From NCBI GenBank assembly GCA_022605425.2, contig JAKIMF020000005.1:248001-312000 (forward strand): a DNA stretch of 64,000 bases. The letters are read 5' to 3'. Every line of letters starts with the position of its first letter. The first letter of the stretch is position 1. Source of the DNA: Hamiltosporidium tvaerminnensis FI-OER-3-3. Its lineage: Eukaryota; Fungi; Microsporidia. Both the position numbers and the translations under genes were made by a program. The notes beneath the pieces were generated by a model that ran no database searches, had not been told where the DNA came from, and saw nothing but the letters and a program-made list of their open reading frames with translations. This document shows, one piece after another, positions 12,427 through 25,200 of the stretch.

Positions 12427-12855
12427 TTATTTCTCAATGAGTATAGTAGTCGGTCCATCGTTGACCAAATGTATTTCAAGTTTTTCTCCAAAACATCCTT
12501 CTTTGATTTTAAGTATAGAATATTTATTTTTAAATGTTTCTATAACTTTTTTAATATATGTATTAGCTATGTCTCTTTTTTCAGCGAGATGGAAATCAGG
12601 TTTGTTCCCTTCAAACCTGGCAAACAGTGTAAACTGTGATAAAACTAGGATTTCACCATTTACATCTACAATATTGTTTTTCCATTCGTTAAATAATCGC
12701 ATTTTAAGAATTTTATTAACTATCCATTCAATTTTATCTTCGTTGTCGTTTTTTTGTATGCCAACCAGTAATGCATATCCGTAGCCTATGCTTGATATTA
12801 TTTCTCCATTCATATAAACTACAGCATTTTTAACTTTTTGTAAAACTATTTTCAT
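12427..12855 (-). CDS. DTD1: D-aminoacyl-tRNA deacylase
   Basis: MKIVLQKV start, SQFTL motif, KPDFH, G-x-FG and the C-terminal NDGPTT (Gly-cisPro motif). Confidence 0.95.
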   Translation of the reverse strand: MKIVLQKVKNAVVYMNGEIISSIGYGYALLVGIQKNDNEDKIEWIVNKILKMRLFNEWKNNIVDVNGEILVLSQFTLFARFEGNKPDFHLAEKRDIANTYIKKVIETFKNKYSILKIKEGCFGEKLEIHLVNDGPTTILIEK

Positions 12856-15570
12856 AAGGATGTATGAATTGAAAGCGATTTTTATTTTTATAAATTAATG
12901 TTTTGGTTTTTATAAAATTCCAAAACTTTGATTTGTGATTCGTTTCATGTCAATGTTTGTTTTATCATATTTTAAAACGTTTAGGTTTAACCATCTGGGT
13001 GCAAAGATACAAATTTTATTTGATAAACTCGTATTAAAGTCATAAATCTAATATTAAAATTTACATTTTTGATCTTTTCAATATGATATTGTATTACAAA
13101 AATATTCTGTCATATTCAAGATATAGATACTTTACAAATATGTAGGAATAATAAATATTAACAAAGACAACGTTACACTTGGAATATTTAAAGAGATGCA
13201 AAATATCATCGGTAAGTGCTAAAAATGTTATCATATAAAACCGAAACCGAAAATTCTTCTCATTATTACCGAACGTGCAATTTTTTAAATTAATAACTAT
13301 TTGGTAATCTTTCTACGCAGAGGAAATTCCAAAAAGAGAATAATTGTTGTGAACAGTATTAGTCTTCAACGAAGTAAATTATAGGAAAATATACAAGAAA
13401 GAGTATATTGTGAAATTGAAATTTTGGCTCATATGAGATTTACATTTAAACAAATTATAAATTACGATAGCTGTTTAAATTACCAATCATTAAAAAGTAA
13501 TAACAAAATATCAATCAAGGAAGTAGCTAACTAAAACCTTAAAATAAAATAAAGGTACGTCCTGTTGCAAAGAGTTATATTGAAATTATTTTTGGACAAA
13601 AAATGATTAAACAATAAAAAACTTAAAAATATACAACCAACATCATTATAAGACAAAATAAAAAGATTGAATAATCCAAACTTGTATAATTAAGAACTAT
13701 GAATTTTAATTATTGTTTTATTTCTAAAATTCAAAATGAAAAAGGAATTCGAAAACTATGAGAATAACTCGTCTTCATCAAAAAATAAGAAAATAATGTG
13801 ATCCATTACACAGAGAGTAGATTGTAATACTCTAAAAACACCAAAATCGGTTTATTCTATTAAATCTGGGAAATAAGTTTAAATATAAGCTTCTATAATG
13901 TCCCAAAATTCTTTATATGGTTGATAAACAATCTTTTTATAACCATATGATTGCGTACAAGCAAGGCCTGAGAATTGGTTTGGGGTTTAACTGTTGAGAC
14001 ACGGATTTGACATTAGTAAAAATTTTGAATAAAAAATCTTAATTTTTGCAATATTGATATAAAATCAAGAATATAATGCTTGCCGATTTCAAAATACTTA
14101 CAAAGTAGGCGTTTTTGACATATGGATTGTATAAATTAGAAGATTTGGTCTAAACATACCTTGCGAGATATGTTAGCATTGTATTCTCGCCAATTATTAC
14201 AAATCCGATACCATTTAGATCTAAGTAGATGCTAAAAATCAGGATATTCTCGGTATCATTTTTTTACATCAAAGAGTTAAACCTATAAATTATATTCTTA
14301 CATATATGTACATATGATGAAGAATTCAGACAAAATCTGGAAATTTTATAGAATAGGTAAGGTGAAACTAAAAAAACATGTCTCGATTCCCGTGTATTAG
14401 TTTGGTAGAAGGCGGTAGGGAATTAATAACTTTGATTTTCCAATAATAGTATAAAAAATATAATAGAAAACAAATGCAGCAATCTAAAATATAAATGGTA
14501 CACAAATCCTGAAATAATATAAACGAAAGAAGGAAAAACACATAAATAACAATGTACTGTATTGCTCAGTATACTGACAAAACAACTTAAATTTTATTTT
14601 ACCGCTAATAAATTAAGAAATAAATTACATTCTATTGCATCTTTTAATACTTAAGCAATGGGAAATATCTATTTTTTTTAAACATTTTGAATTTTCTAAC
14701 AAGTAAAGAATTCAAAGCGAGTAAGGCATGTAAATTCTTTTCCATAAAATGTATAGAATATTCTTTTTAGTAGGCTTTTTGAATTCTACGGTGATAGTAA
14801 TTTATGTTTAAACATATAGTATTTCATTGTATATTTTTATATTAAAATGCAATTTTTTTTAAAAGAAGTTTTGTTCTTATGTCGTGCGAAAATATATAAT
14901 TCTTTAGTTTAAAGCTTTTCTAAGATTTATTCTTAATATAAAATCTTTTCACTTACACAGAAATCTAATATAAATTTTATTTTGTGATCTTAAAAAAAAT
15001 ATTTTATAATATAAATTTACAAAGTCTAAATATGTCTTTGAGCAGAGAGAAGGAAAGAAATTTTATATTCAATTAAACTTTTAATTTACTAAAATCGTTT
15101 ACAAATTTAATAAAAATTATGGTTATATTAAATATAATTTATTATAAAAGTATAAATATATGAAAATATTTCTAAAATATGTTATATTATTTATTCTATA
15201 GTTTCCTCGTTGTGAAGACAACAATGGTGGATGGTAAATTTTTATCCGAAAATACCAATCCTCTTCCAGAATATTGTAAAGACATGAATTGTGTATCGCC
15301 ATTTTATGCAATAGAAGAAATTGATAAAAATAAACATCCTTTAATGTCAAATACAAAAGCATATCTTAAAATGCCTGTTTTGTTGATAAATAGAAAAGAT
15401 ATTTCCCAATAAAATAAAATCATGAAGAAAGCAAAATATAACGAATGTATGAGGCAGAAAAAATGTGATGGATCTCTTATAAAATATCAATTAGAATTTT
15501 TGCCGGGATTTCTACGAATAAAATATGAAATATTATCTACCATGAAATATAGTTGTTCAAAAAAATAAAT

Positions 15571-16273
15571 TGTAGAGCGAGGATAACCACAAAAAAACTT
15601 TCTGCTTGGCAATGAGTATGTGAACCTGGTGTTAGATCAAATTTTAGATTTTTAGTGGGAAAAAACCTACTACGTTGTCGGTTATTCCATGGTAGTTGTT
15701 ATAAAGAGAAGAAAGTCTATTAAATAGCGAAACCTTTTTAATAAATATATTTTGTTGTGGTTTATGTAGCTAGATCGAAGACCGCATCTGAAATTGTAGA
15801 TAATTGCATGCAAAATCATAGCCTCTAGTCTCGCCTACTCAGCTTAGAATACTTAGTGCCCGAGGGATATTTAATGAAACCTTCAAATCCGGTAAATCTA
15901 AGATGCAGGTCATGCCTTTTGCTATGGCATGTAATATCTAGATAGACTTGATTTAAATCGCCGAGATATATTTTAGCTAGAGATTTACAGCGCGAAAAGT
16001 TTAGAGTAAGTGGGAATGATGCATAATATTGAAGAAGCCCAGGATGGGTTTTGGCCCTCGATCACACTCAATTAAACTAACATGGACGAGCTCCGGGCCA
16101 CCGCCTCGCTTATTAATTGGGTTCTACACACTATTTAGATCAAATCCTTAGGATATAAGTATCATATTGGATACCGATCGAGTGTTGGAGAGCAGTTAGA
16201 TGTAGAACTCAATAATAGGCTAATTTCATGAAAACGAATATATCAATTGCCATTGTTTTTAATAAATGTGATA
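15571..16273 (+). repeat. ~700-bp dispersed non-coding element, copy A (diverged)
   Basis: Head TGTAGAGCGAGGATAACCAC...CTGCTTGGCAATGAGT and tail ATGTGATA. Collinear with the reverse complement of 16732-17450. Confidence 0.85.
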
Positions 16274-16731
16274 TTTTCAATTAAAAGTTCTTTTTGTTTC
16301 ATATTCTTGGTTTATAGTGGGTTGATAATATTAATTTGGATACGAGATTGGTTTTTTGATATTTGGTTGTCTTAAATATCATTATATTTGCATTTTTTTA
16401 CATGTTAAACATATAAATTGAGAATTTATTTTGAAAATTTCCGATTATTCTAAGTAATTTTAGAAATGTTTGAAGACAGTTTTATTGCTTTGATACTTTA
16501 GTTGTTCAAAATAATATTTAAAATTTTTTTATAAGTAGATTTTTGTATTTTGGCATCAAAAATAATCAAACACATGTGATACAAAATAAAATGTACGGTT
16601 TGTTTACTAGGCTAAATATAAATCTGTAATTTTGAACACAGAAATCACATACTAGTATTTGAAGAACTAACTTTTTTTTAGTATTGTACGATATTTAAAA
16701 AACAAATGTGTTATAAAAATTTAGTTAAAAA

Positions 16732-17450
16732 TATCACATCTTTTTAAAACAGTGGCAAGTGTTATATTTGTTTTCATGACATTAACGCAGTTCTAGTTTT
16801 AGCATAAATAACTGCTACCCCAAAACTCCATCAGTAACTCCTGCGATACCTACGTCCCAAAGCCTTTTATCTACCAGGTGTGTAGAACCTAATTAATAGG
16901 CGAGGCAATTGCTCGGAGTTCGTTTATGTCCGTTGCATGGGTTGTGATCGAAGGCCAAAGCCCCCCCCTGAGCTCCCCCAAGACTATGTAGCATTCCCAC
17001 TTACTCTACACTTTCAGTCACCCAATAAACTTCTAGCAAAGATATATTTCAGAGATTTACATGGGGTTTACCTAGACAGTGCAATGTCATACCAACAGGT
17101 ATAACCTGCTACTTAGCTTTCCTGGCTTTAAATGGTTTTTTGTTTTATATCTCCCAGGCGCTAAGTCTTCTAACCCGAGTGAGCAAGGCTAGGTTTCCAT
17201 GCTTTTACATGGCAATTACCTACATGTTCAGCTGTGGTCTGCAATCTGGTTACATAAAAAACTACAAAAAAATTTGAAGAAAAAGTTTCGCAATTTTGTA
17301 GACCTCTCCTCCTCATACGACTTCCTATGGAACAACGGAAAATGTATTGGGGTATTATTCCCCCCAAAAATCTAAACAATGATCTTCACACCAGTTTCCC
17401 ACACTCATTGCCAAGCAGAAAGTTTTTTATGTGGTTATCCTCCTTCCACC
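16732..17450 (-). repeat. ~700-bp dispersed non-coding element, copy B
   Basis: Highly similar along its whole length to 34425-35150. No long ORF. Confidence 0.92.
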
Positions 17451-17808
17451 TATTTAATAGTAAAATAAATATATTCTTTAAATATTAAATTTCATGTTTT
17501 AATTACTTTGTAACTTATCTGTTATTTTTATATTTTAACTCTTTTTTAGCTTTTCCAGTTTCTTTTATAATCCCATCTTCTTTTAATAATTTCATCTTCC
17601 TTATAATACTTCATCCGCTTTTAATAATCCCATACTCTTTATACTATATCATCCTCTTTTTATAATACTTCATACTCTTTTTATATCCCATACTCTTTTT
17701 ATATCCCATTTTCCGATATTAAAATTTTTTCGATCAAAATTTTTTTTCCTGTAATTTTATAAATATAAATACCTTCCTAAAATAAAATGTCAATCACACA
17801 AAAGTTTT

Positions 17809-17827
17809 ACCCTACAAAAATAAAATG
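17809..17827 (+). promoter_or_regulatory. Microsporidian CCC-type motif upstream of the start codon (POL3 shown as example)
   Basis: CCC lies within ~15 nt of the ATG at 5261, 6653, 9362, 10061, 17825, 38938 and 54962; GGG at 29536. This is a known microsporidian transcription-start signal. Confidence 0.7.
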
Positions 17828-20800
17828 ACAAAAAAAACCGACACCGATTTAATATTTCTTTCTACACACATCGATAACCCACCAATATCACCAAACACAA
17901 TAAAAATATCCGGTATAACTCTACAAGGCACCCCACTGACACTACACGTAACAGACTTTAACCCATACTTCTACATAAGACCGCCCAATCCAGAACCAAA
18001 AAATTTTATTTCTTTACTTTCATCCGCACTCACAAAAAAAATGAACGAAAAAAGCAAATCAGTTCTCCTTCGAATAGAAAAAGTGTATAAAAAGAGTTTT
18101 TTATACTATTCCCCTACACCTGTACTTTTCTACCAGTTATTTTTCACCAACACTCTTCTTTTTTCACAGCTCACCAAAATACTTGAATCAGGTATTTACA
18201 TAGACGATGTTTCATACACATTCCAAGTTTTTGAATCCAATATACCACTTCCTATCAGATTTATGATAGATAAGGAACTTACAGGTATGTCATACATCAA
18301 AGTTACCAAATATAAAAAAATAAAAAATAAAAATTCTAATCAAAATAATTCAAATAATGAGACCAATATTGATAGTGGATGTACTACAACCAACACTAAT
18401 CCAACCAATACTGATAAGAATATATCTAATATAACTAAAAATAATACTGACATACCAAATACTTCACATTATATAGAATACATCACTTCACATACGAATA
18501 TTTCACACATCGATTCCATTACAACTCTTCCACCTCTAAAAATACTTTCTTTTGATATAGAATGTATAAGCAAGACTTCTTCATTTCCATCTGCAAAAAT
18601 AGATCCAGTAATACAAATAGGAAATATAATATCAGTAGATGGTTTGATATCAAAACACATATTTGCATTAGACAGCTGTGCAGACATACCAAATGCAACT
18701 GTACATTCATTTACTACAGAAACTGAACTTTTAAAAGAATGGATTATTTTTTTAATAAAAACAGATCCTGACATATTATTAGGATACAATATAACTAATT
18801 TTGATTTTCCATATTTGGTAGAAAGAAGTGAAACATTAAAAATTAAAGAATTTAAATTTATAGGACGAGACTCAAGTAGTATACGTATAAATACAAACAA
18901 CAACACAACCACTGTACATATACAAGGTAGAATGATATTTGATTTATACGTTATAATAAAAAAAGAGTATAATTTAAGATCCTACACATTAAATTCTGTA
19001 AGCGAATATTTTTTAGGAAATACTAAAGAAGATTTACCGTACAATTGTATGTATTCATTACAGATGGGAGATAAAGAAACAAGAAGAAGAATTGCTTTGT
19101 ATTGTTTAAAAGACTGTTTACTTCCGTTAAACATATTTGATAAATTAAATATTTTAATTAATTGTATTGAGATGTGTCGGGTTGTAGGAGTACCTATTGA
19201 GTATTTGAATAGAGGACAAGCTATACGTGTGTTTGCTATGATATGTCGTAAGGCAAAGTTTATGGGATATGTTGTTCCTGTTGTTGAGAATACGGAGGGT
19301 GAAAAGTATGAAGGGGGGTATGTTATGGATCCGGTTAAAGGATTTTATGAGGATTGTGTGGCTGTAATGGATTTTAGTTCTTTGTATCCGTCTATAATGA
19401 TTAGTAAAAATCTATGTTACAGTACTTTGGTAAGAAAAAAGGATTTTAAAGAAATTTGTGGGAACAAAAATGGGGAATTTGAGAAAGAGAGTGTTAGTTA
19501 TGAGGATAGCATAGGTGAAAGTGAATTGGAAGGAATGGACGAGGAATATGATAAGGGATTAGATGAGGGTGTTTGTGATAAGGATATAGATGTGGGTGTT
19601 AATGATAGGAGTAATGATAATTATCACCCTCTTAATACCAGTACTGATAAACAACAGGGTGTTAATAACAATAAAGATAAACAACACCCCTTTAACAACA
19701 CACCTAATAATTATCACCCCTTTAATACCAATGACCTTTGTTTAACACCTACAAACAACCTTTTTGTAAAAAAAGACATTTTAGAAGGTTTATTACCGAT
19801 AATTTTAAAAGAATTACTAGAAGAAAGAAAAAAAGCAAAAAAATCGTTAGAAATAGAAAAAAACGAACAAACCAAAGCATCTTTAAATGCCCGTCAACTA
19901 GCACTAAAGATATGTGCGAACAGTGTATATGGATTTACAGGTGCCAGTAAAGGATTTCTTCCATGTATGGAAATATCACAGAGTGTGACTTCATTTGGCC
20001 GCGAAATGATAAATTTTACACGAAAATTAATTGAAGAGAAATATGATGTTAAGGTTATTTATGGTGATACTGATAGTGTAATGGTTAGATTTAAAAAAAT
20101 AAGTGTTTCACAGATATTTCAAACTAGTAGAGATATATGTGAGTATGTTACACAGCGATTTGATAAACCTGTAAGACTTGAATTTGAAAAAGTTTATTGT
20201 CCCTTCCTCCTCATCAATAAGAAGAGATATGTAGGACTGATATGCAAGAGAGGAAGTGAGATGGAAGAGAAGGGTAAGGAAAGTAATGATAGTAAGGATA
20301 ATATAGAATGTAGGGAAAGTAATAGTAAGGATAATAGTAAGGATACTAAAAAAATTAATTTAGAAAGACATAAAGACAATGATATAAGAGATAATTTAGA
20401 TAAAGAAAAGGAGCTTAATAAAGATAATAATAATGATATAAGGGATACTAATAATAACACACTTATTCCTTATAAAATAGATAGTAAGGGAATAGAAACT
20501 GTTAGAAGAGATAATTGTAAATTAGTAAGAAATGTAATGGAAAGTTGTTTGTATAAAATTTTATGGGAAAAGGATTTAGAAGGAACAAAAGAATTTATAA
20601 AAAAAGTAATAACGGATTTATATATGAATAAGGTAGATATAAGTCAATTAGTGATAAGTAAATCTTTAACAAAAAGTAAAGAAAATTATTTAAGTAAAGC
20701 AGCACATGTAGAATTAGCAGAGAAGATGAAGAAAAGAGGAGAAGTATATGGATTAGGAGATAGAATACCGTATGTAATAATAAAAGGTAGTAAGGGTATG

Positions 20801-21301
20801 GCAGCATATGAAAGAGCAGAAGATCCTGTTTTTGTACTGGAAAATAATATACCGTTGGATGTGGAGTATTATATAGAAAATCAGTTATCTAAACCGATAC
20901 ATAGATTATTTGAACCTATAATGGATAATGTAAGTGTTTTATTGAAAGGAGAGCATACAAGAAGTAGAATGGGAGTTTCTAGTAAGTTTAAAGGAAGTAT
21001 GAATGTATTTTTAATTAATCAAATTAAGTGTTTGGGGTGTAAAAGTAAAGGAAAAATTTTGTGTGATTTGTGTAGTAAAGAGTATTCTAAGTATTATTTG
21101 GGATGTTTAAAAAAAGTAGAAGAAAGTAAAAAAGTGTATTGTAAGTGTTGGGTTGAGTGTCAGCGATGTATAGGAAGTGTTATGGGAGAAGTTATATGTG
21201 CTAACAGAGATTGTGATATATTTTATTTAAGAAGTATGGCTAAGAAAGAGTTGATAGAAGAGACAGAGAAATTAGAAATTTTAAAGAAATTTGAGTGGTA
21301 A
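17825..21301 (+). CDS. POL3: DNA polymerase delta catalytic subunit with three low-complexity insertions
   Basis: ExoI SFDIEC, GYNITNFDFPY, DFSSLYPSIM, KICANSVYGFTG, YGDTDS, KKRY, KGIETVRRD, and C-terminal CysA/CysB motifs (CLGC...CDLC; CQRC...C..RDC). Confidence 0.97.
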   Translation: MTKKTDTDLIFLSTHIDNPPISPNTIKISGITLQGTPLTLHVTDFNPYFYIRPPNPEPKNFISLLSSALTKKMNEKSKSVLLRIEKVYKKSFLYYSPTPVLFYQLFFTNTLLFSQLTKILESGIYIDDVSYTFQVFESNIPLPIRFMIDKELTGMSYIKVTKYKKIKNKNSNQNNSNNETNIDSGCTTTNTNPTNTDKNISNITKNNTDIPNTSHYIEYITSHTNISHIDSITTLPPLKILSFDIECISKTSSFPSAKIDPVIQIGNIISVDGLISKHIFALDSCADIPNATVHSFTTETELLKEWIIFLIKTDPDILLGYNITNFDFPYLVERSETLKIKEFKFIGRDSSSIRINTNNNTTTVHIQGRMIFDLYVIIKKEYNLRSYTLNSVSEYFLGNTKEDLPYNCMYSLQMGDKETRRRIALYCLKDCLLPLNIFDKLNILINCIEMCRVVGVPIEYLNRGQAIRVFAMICRKAKFMGYVVPVVENTEGEKYEGGYVMDPVKGFYEDCVAVMDFSSLYPSIMISKNLCYSTLVRKKDFKEICGNKNGEFEKESVSYEDSIGESELEGMDEEYDKGLDEGVCDKDIDVGVNDRSNDNYHPLNTSTDKQQGVNNNKDKQHPFNNTPNNYHPFNTNDLCLTPTNNLFVKKDILEGLLPIILKELLEERKKAKKSLEIEKNEQTKASLNARQLALKICANSVYGFTGASKGFLPCMEISQSVTSFGREMINFTRKLIEEKYDVKVIYGDTDSVMVRFKKISVSQIFQTSRDICEYVTQRFDKPVRLEFEKVYCPFLLINKKRYVGLICKRGSEMEEKGKESNDSKDNIECRESNSKDNSKDTKKINLERHKDNDIRDNLDKEKELNKDNNNDIRDTNNNTLIPYKIDSKGIETVRRDNCKLVRNVMESCLYKILWEKDLEGTKEFIKKVITDLYMNKVDISQLVISKSLTKSKENYLSKAAHVELAEKMKKRGEVYGLGDRIPYVIIKGSKGMAAYERAEDPVFVLENNIPLDVEYYIENQLSKPIHRLFEPIMDNVSVLLKGEHTRSRMGVSSKFKGSMNVFLINQIKCLGCKSKGKILCDLCSKEYSKYYLGCLKKVEESKKVYCKCWVECQRCIGSVMGEVICANRDCDIFYLRSMAKKELIEETEKLEILKKFEW

Positions 21302-21512
21302 ATCAATAGAATATTATTTTATTAAAAATTATTTGATTAGAGATGAATTCTATAAAAAAGAATGTGAAATTAGATATTTGAGTTGTAAATCAAAAGAATA
21401 TTATTTTATTAAGAGATGTTTGATTAGAGATGAATTCTATAAAAAAGAATGTGAAATTAGAGATTTGAGTTGTAAATCAATAGAATAGTTATTTTATTAA
21501 AAATGATTTGAA
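21288..21512. repeat. 87-bp tandem repeat (about 2.5 copies) starting inside the last codons of POL3
   Basis: TTGAGT(G/T)GTAAATCAA occurs at 21291, 21378 and 21465. Confidence 0.9.
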
Positions 21513-21847
21513 TAGTATATTATCTATTATAAGAATAAATGTTTAGAAAAAGAAATGTTTGGAAAAATATTTAACCGAAATAAATAATTCAAATATAATA
21601 ATTAAGTAGATATTTGTAATTAAAAATATTTTTATAAGAATATTTAATTTAGATTAATTATATTAAATTGGAAAGTATTTTTAAACAATAATTTAATATT
21701 TTAATATAAAAATATTCTTATAAATAAAATGTACTTTTTTCTATATTTTATTTTTTTATTTAAAGTATTTCTTTGTAAATTTTATTTTTTTGTTTACATG
21801 TATTTCTTTGTATATTTAATTTTTTTATTTAAAAGTATGACTATAAA

Positions 21848-21955
21848 AAAAGAGTCGGATTTGGAAGAAGAGACAAAAGTGGTTAAAGAGGTAGAAGAAA
21901 ACATATAAAAATGGTAAAAATATTTTAACCCAGAATTTTATTAAATAAAAAAAAT
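21848..21955 (+). mobile_element. Solitary 3'-end fragment of the RLE non-LTR retrotransposon
   Basis: Nearly identical to 61781-61880 (AAAGAGTCGGATTTGGAAGAAGAGAC...CCAGAATTTTATTAAATAAA). Confidence 0.92.
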
Positions 21956-22205
21956 GAATATAAAAAACTTGTAGGATAGACTTTGGAGAATATTAAGCCT
22001 GTACATTAGGATGTTTCTTACACTTGATAGTAATATAAAATAATACTTTATAAAAATTAAAGAAAGGTAAATATAAGTGTTTATAAAGTAAAAAGTTTAT
22101 TGTGTGAATATATTCTTCTTTTCTAGTCTAATTTAAAAATCTTTTATTTTTAATTTTTAATAAAATTTTAAAATGTATTTATTTAAGGGTTAAATTAGAT
22201 GATAA

Positions 22206-25200
22206 TTTATTTAAAAAAATTCGGAGTTAAAATATTTTTACCATTTTTTACATGTTTTCTTCTACCTCTTTAACCCCTTCTGTCTCTTCTTCCAAATCCG
22301 AAACTTCTTTTATATTTATCGTCGGTTCCTTTTTCTGAAATAAGAGGTGTATTATTTTTTGGTTTTAAATTTTCTGCACCATCTTCCACTCTACTTGCTA
22401 CTTTTAAAGAGGTTTTAATTCCACATGCATCTCTGCTCTCATAATAACACCCATTGATGCTCTCTCCCCGCTCTCTTTGTCATTTAGTCCTGACTCAAGT
22501 CCTCTTCGTCGATCAAAGGAAATTGTTTCGACTGTCTCCTTAAGTACTATAGACTAAATGTATGCCTCTACATTTATTGGGTATTTCTAGTCTTTTAAGA
22601 TGAGATTTATGGTATTTTGTCACGATACCGTCCCAGGTCATCACATAAGGGATTATCTCAACACTACACTTATAAATAAGACCCAACTCATTGGCTAGCA
22701 GGTCATACTGTCTAAGTTTTTCAGATTCAACTATTTGAAGTGAATCTTGGGAAGTGATTCCTTCTTCAATGAGTGTTATCTTATTCTTCTTCTTATCTAA
22801 AATAAATATGTCGGATCTGTTTCTCCGAATTTTAACATCAGTTTTTATTCCGATGTCCACTCTTATCTCTGCATACTCATTATCAAGAATTTCTTGAACT
22901 GAGTAACTCCTAATTCGTTTTGAGGACTTAAACTTATATCTATTTAGGAGAAGTAGGTGTAGGCATCTAACCACTTCATTATGCCATCTGGTGTAGTCAT
23001 GGCCTAGCATTTTTTCACATCGAGTTGCTAGATGATCTACAGTTTTACCAGACTTCCCGTAATGTTGACACACACCATCTGCTCCCCAGAATACATTTCT
23101 ATCCTGGATATAGCAGAACACAGCTTCATTTCGTGGCCTAATATTTCCTCTCTTTAGCCATCTTGAAGAGTCACTAACACACTCAAGCTCATTATTTCTT
23201 GCATTATATAACTTTGAATGGAGTTTTCGTTTTTCTATTTCGTTATATAGTTTTGCAAGTTGAGCTTCTTCTAAACTTTTCTTAGTGACTTCTTCTACCA
23301 ACCTGTACTTTACTTTTAAGAAGCCTTTTATTAGTGCAAGATGGGTTTTATTATTATTCTCCACCTTGAGGATTGCTGCTCGTCTAGTTGATATTTCTTT
23401 ACTTTTTTCCAGACAATCCAAGAGTTGCAGAAGCATATGTTCGCTTCGCAACTCAACACTATGTAGGCCTCTTCCAAGTTCTGTTCTAGGAAGGTATAAA
23501 CGCTCTTTACATCCTGGGCGGAGATGTATCTTATTCTTCACCAACACCGCACGCACTGCATCATCTAACTTAGAGAAGTCAGCCGGTTCAAGTCGGAGTA
23601 CTCCTATGTGGTAGTTGATTTACGATATCGCATGTTGATTGATTGCAGAAAATAAATTTTTTGCATTTAATCTAGTGTGACAAAGTCTTTCAACTCTTGA
23701 TAAAAGTTTGCTCTGTACTTCTTCAAATGAGCTACGTGTTGGAATTCCTCTGCTATCTTCTATTATTCCTAAATATTTGTAAACACTAACACCTTCTATA
23801 AGAGTAGCAGTATCTTCACAACACGTATCATTTGTGGCTGACTTCTCTTTGTTAATCTCTAACCCAATCACCTCTAAAAATTCCTTTGCCTCGCCTGTCA
23901 TAGCACTCAATGTGGAGCTGTCTTTTGCAAGGAGCTTAAGATCATCAATAAACAAGAGATGATATGTAGAATGGGATTCTGCATCTGTTTGTACTGTCAC
24001 TTTTGTGTATTTTTCATTAAGCTTTCGGCTTAATGGATCCATACGTAACACAAATAACAAAGGTGACAGACTATCTCTCTGTAGAATCCCTCTATCAATA
24101 TTCTTGCTCATGATTTTTTCAGGCCCTACTGATATATCAATTTTCCATTTTGGTATAATTACCTTGATAAATTTCAGGATCCAATCAGGTAAATTAAGGG
24201 TTTCAATGTATTGAGTCAAATAAGCGTGATCTATTAAATCATAAGCTTTTTTAACATCAATCCATGTTGCCTTAAGATTGTTTCCGTACTCTTTATTTAA
24301 GGCGATATTCAGTAGAGCTTGCTCTTTCGCTCCCTACACGCCTCTTACCTCCCCTAATTAGTTCTCTGCAAGCAACCCTCGCCTTTCCACTTCAATTTGA
24401 ACGACTTTCGTTACACACTTTGTCGTTAACTTGTAGAGGTTGGACATACAAGTGATTGGCCTGTAGTCAGAGCCTCTTTGTGGAATTCCTTTGGGTATCA
24501 AATAGGTAAGTCCGCAGTAAAACCAATCAGCTTGAGGTGTTCCTTCTAAACATATAACTCGCACAATATCATAAAGATATTTGTGTAGAGTTGTAAGTTT
24601 CTTAATGAAAAAATTGTAAATACCATCAATTCCAGCAGCTTTCAAATTAGGGAGCCAATTAATGATATTTACAAATTCATCAAGTGAAGGAACCGTGGTC
24701 GGATGATTATCTGATACAAATGGAATCAAATAATCATCATACATGACTGTGTCATCATTTTTGTTCCACATTGTAGACCAAAAACTCACAATTTCATCAC
24801 GACTGACCACATGCTCGGATTCCACACGCTCATATAACCTACGATAAAATCTACCTCGGAAAAGCTCACACATACGATTCTCTTTTCGGAATTTCTTCCT
24901 ACTTTCATGCATCGTAATTTTTTTCTCGTAAACGTTCAAAGACTCATTCTTCTTAACCAAAGCCTAAGAAAGATCAGTTACACTGCTCAAGTTTAAATTT
25001 AACTCTCGCATGATTTTCTTAAGGCTCGTCGTTTCCGAAGTGGAGAGCTTTTCCTGCTTACGAGCCTTCTCGAGAAGATCTTTAGAAAGTACTAACTTAG
25101 AAATTTTACTTTCTATGTTTTCCTTCCAAGCAAATCTAGGCTTTTCTTTGCGTGTTAGCTCGTCATAGCATACCTGGGCTGCTTGGATTATCCGTGCCAC

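Noticed and set aside
13100-14500. Possible ancient RT-element relic (VEGGRELI at ~14405 resembles EGGRGL)
   Set aside because: A single motif with no other convincing RT motifs by eye; needs tBLASTx/HMM.
15160-15570. Short ORF 15179-15412 with a hydrophobic start, perhaps a secreted-protein pseudogene cut by copy A
   Set aside because: No in-frame ATG before the hydrophobic segment, no CCC motif and no recognisable homology.
16732-17450. 700-bp repeat as rRNA, group I intron, RNase P/MRP, tRNA-SINE or hammerhead retrozyme
   Set aside because: No rRNA universal motifs. Only vague P/R/S-like words (AATTGCG, AGACT, TAGTCT) that are not conserved across copies. No CUGAUGA/GAAA core, and internal T-runs are incompatible with a Pol III transcript.
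21291-21488. 65-aa ORF overlapping the POL3 stop
   Set aside because: By-product of the 87-bp (multiple of 3) tandem duplication, with a non-ATG start.
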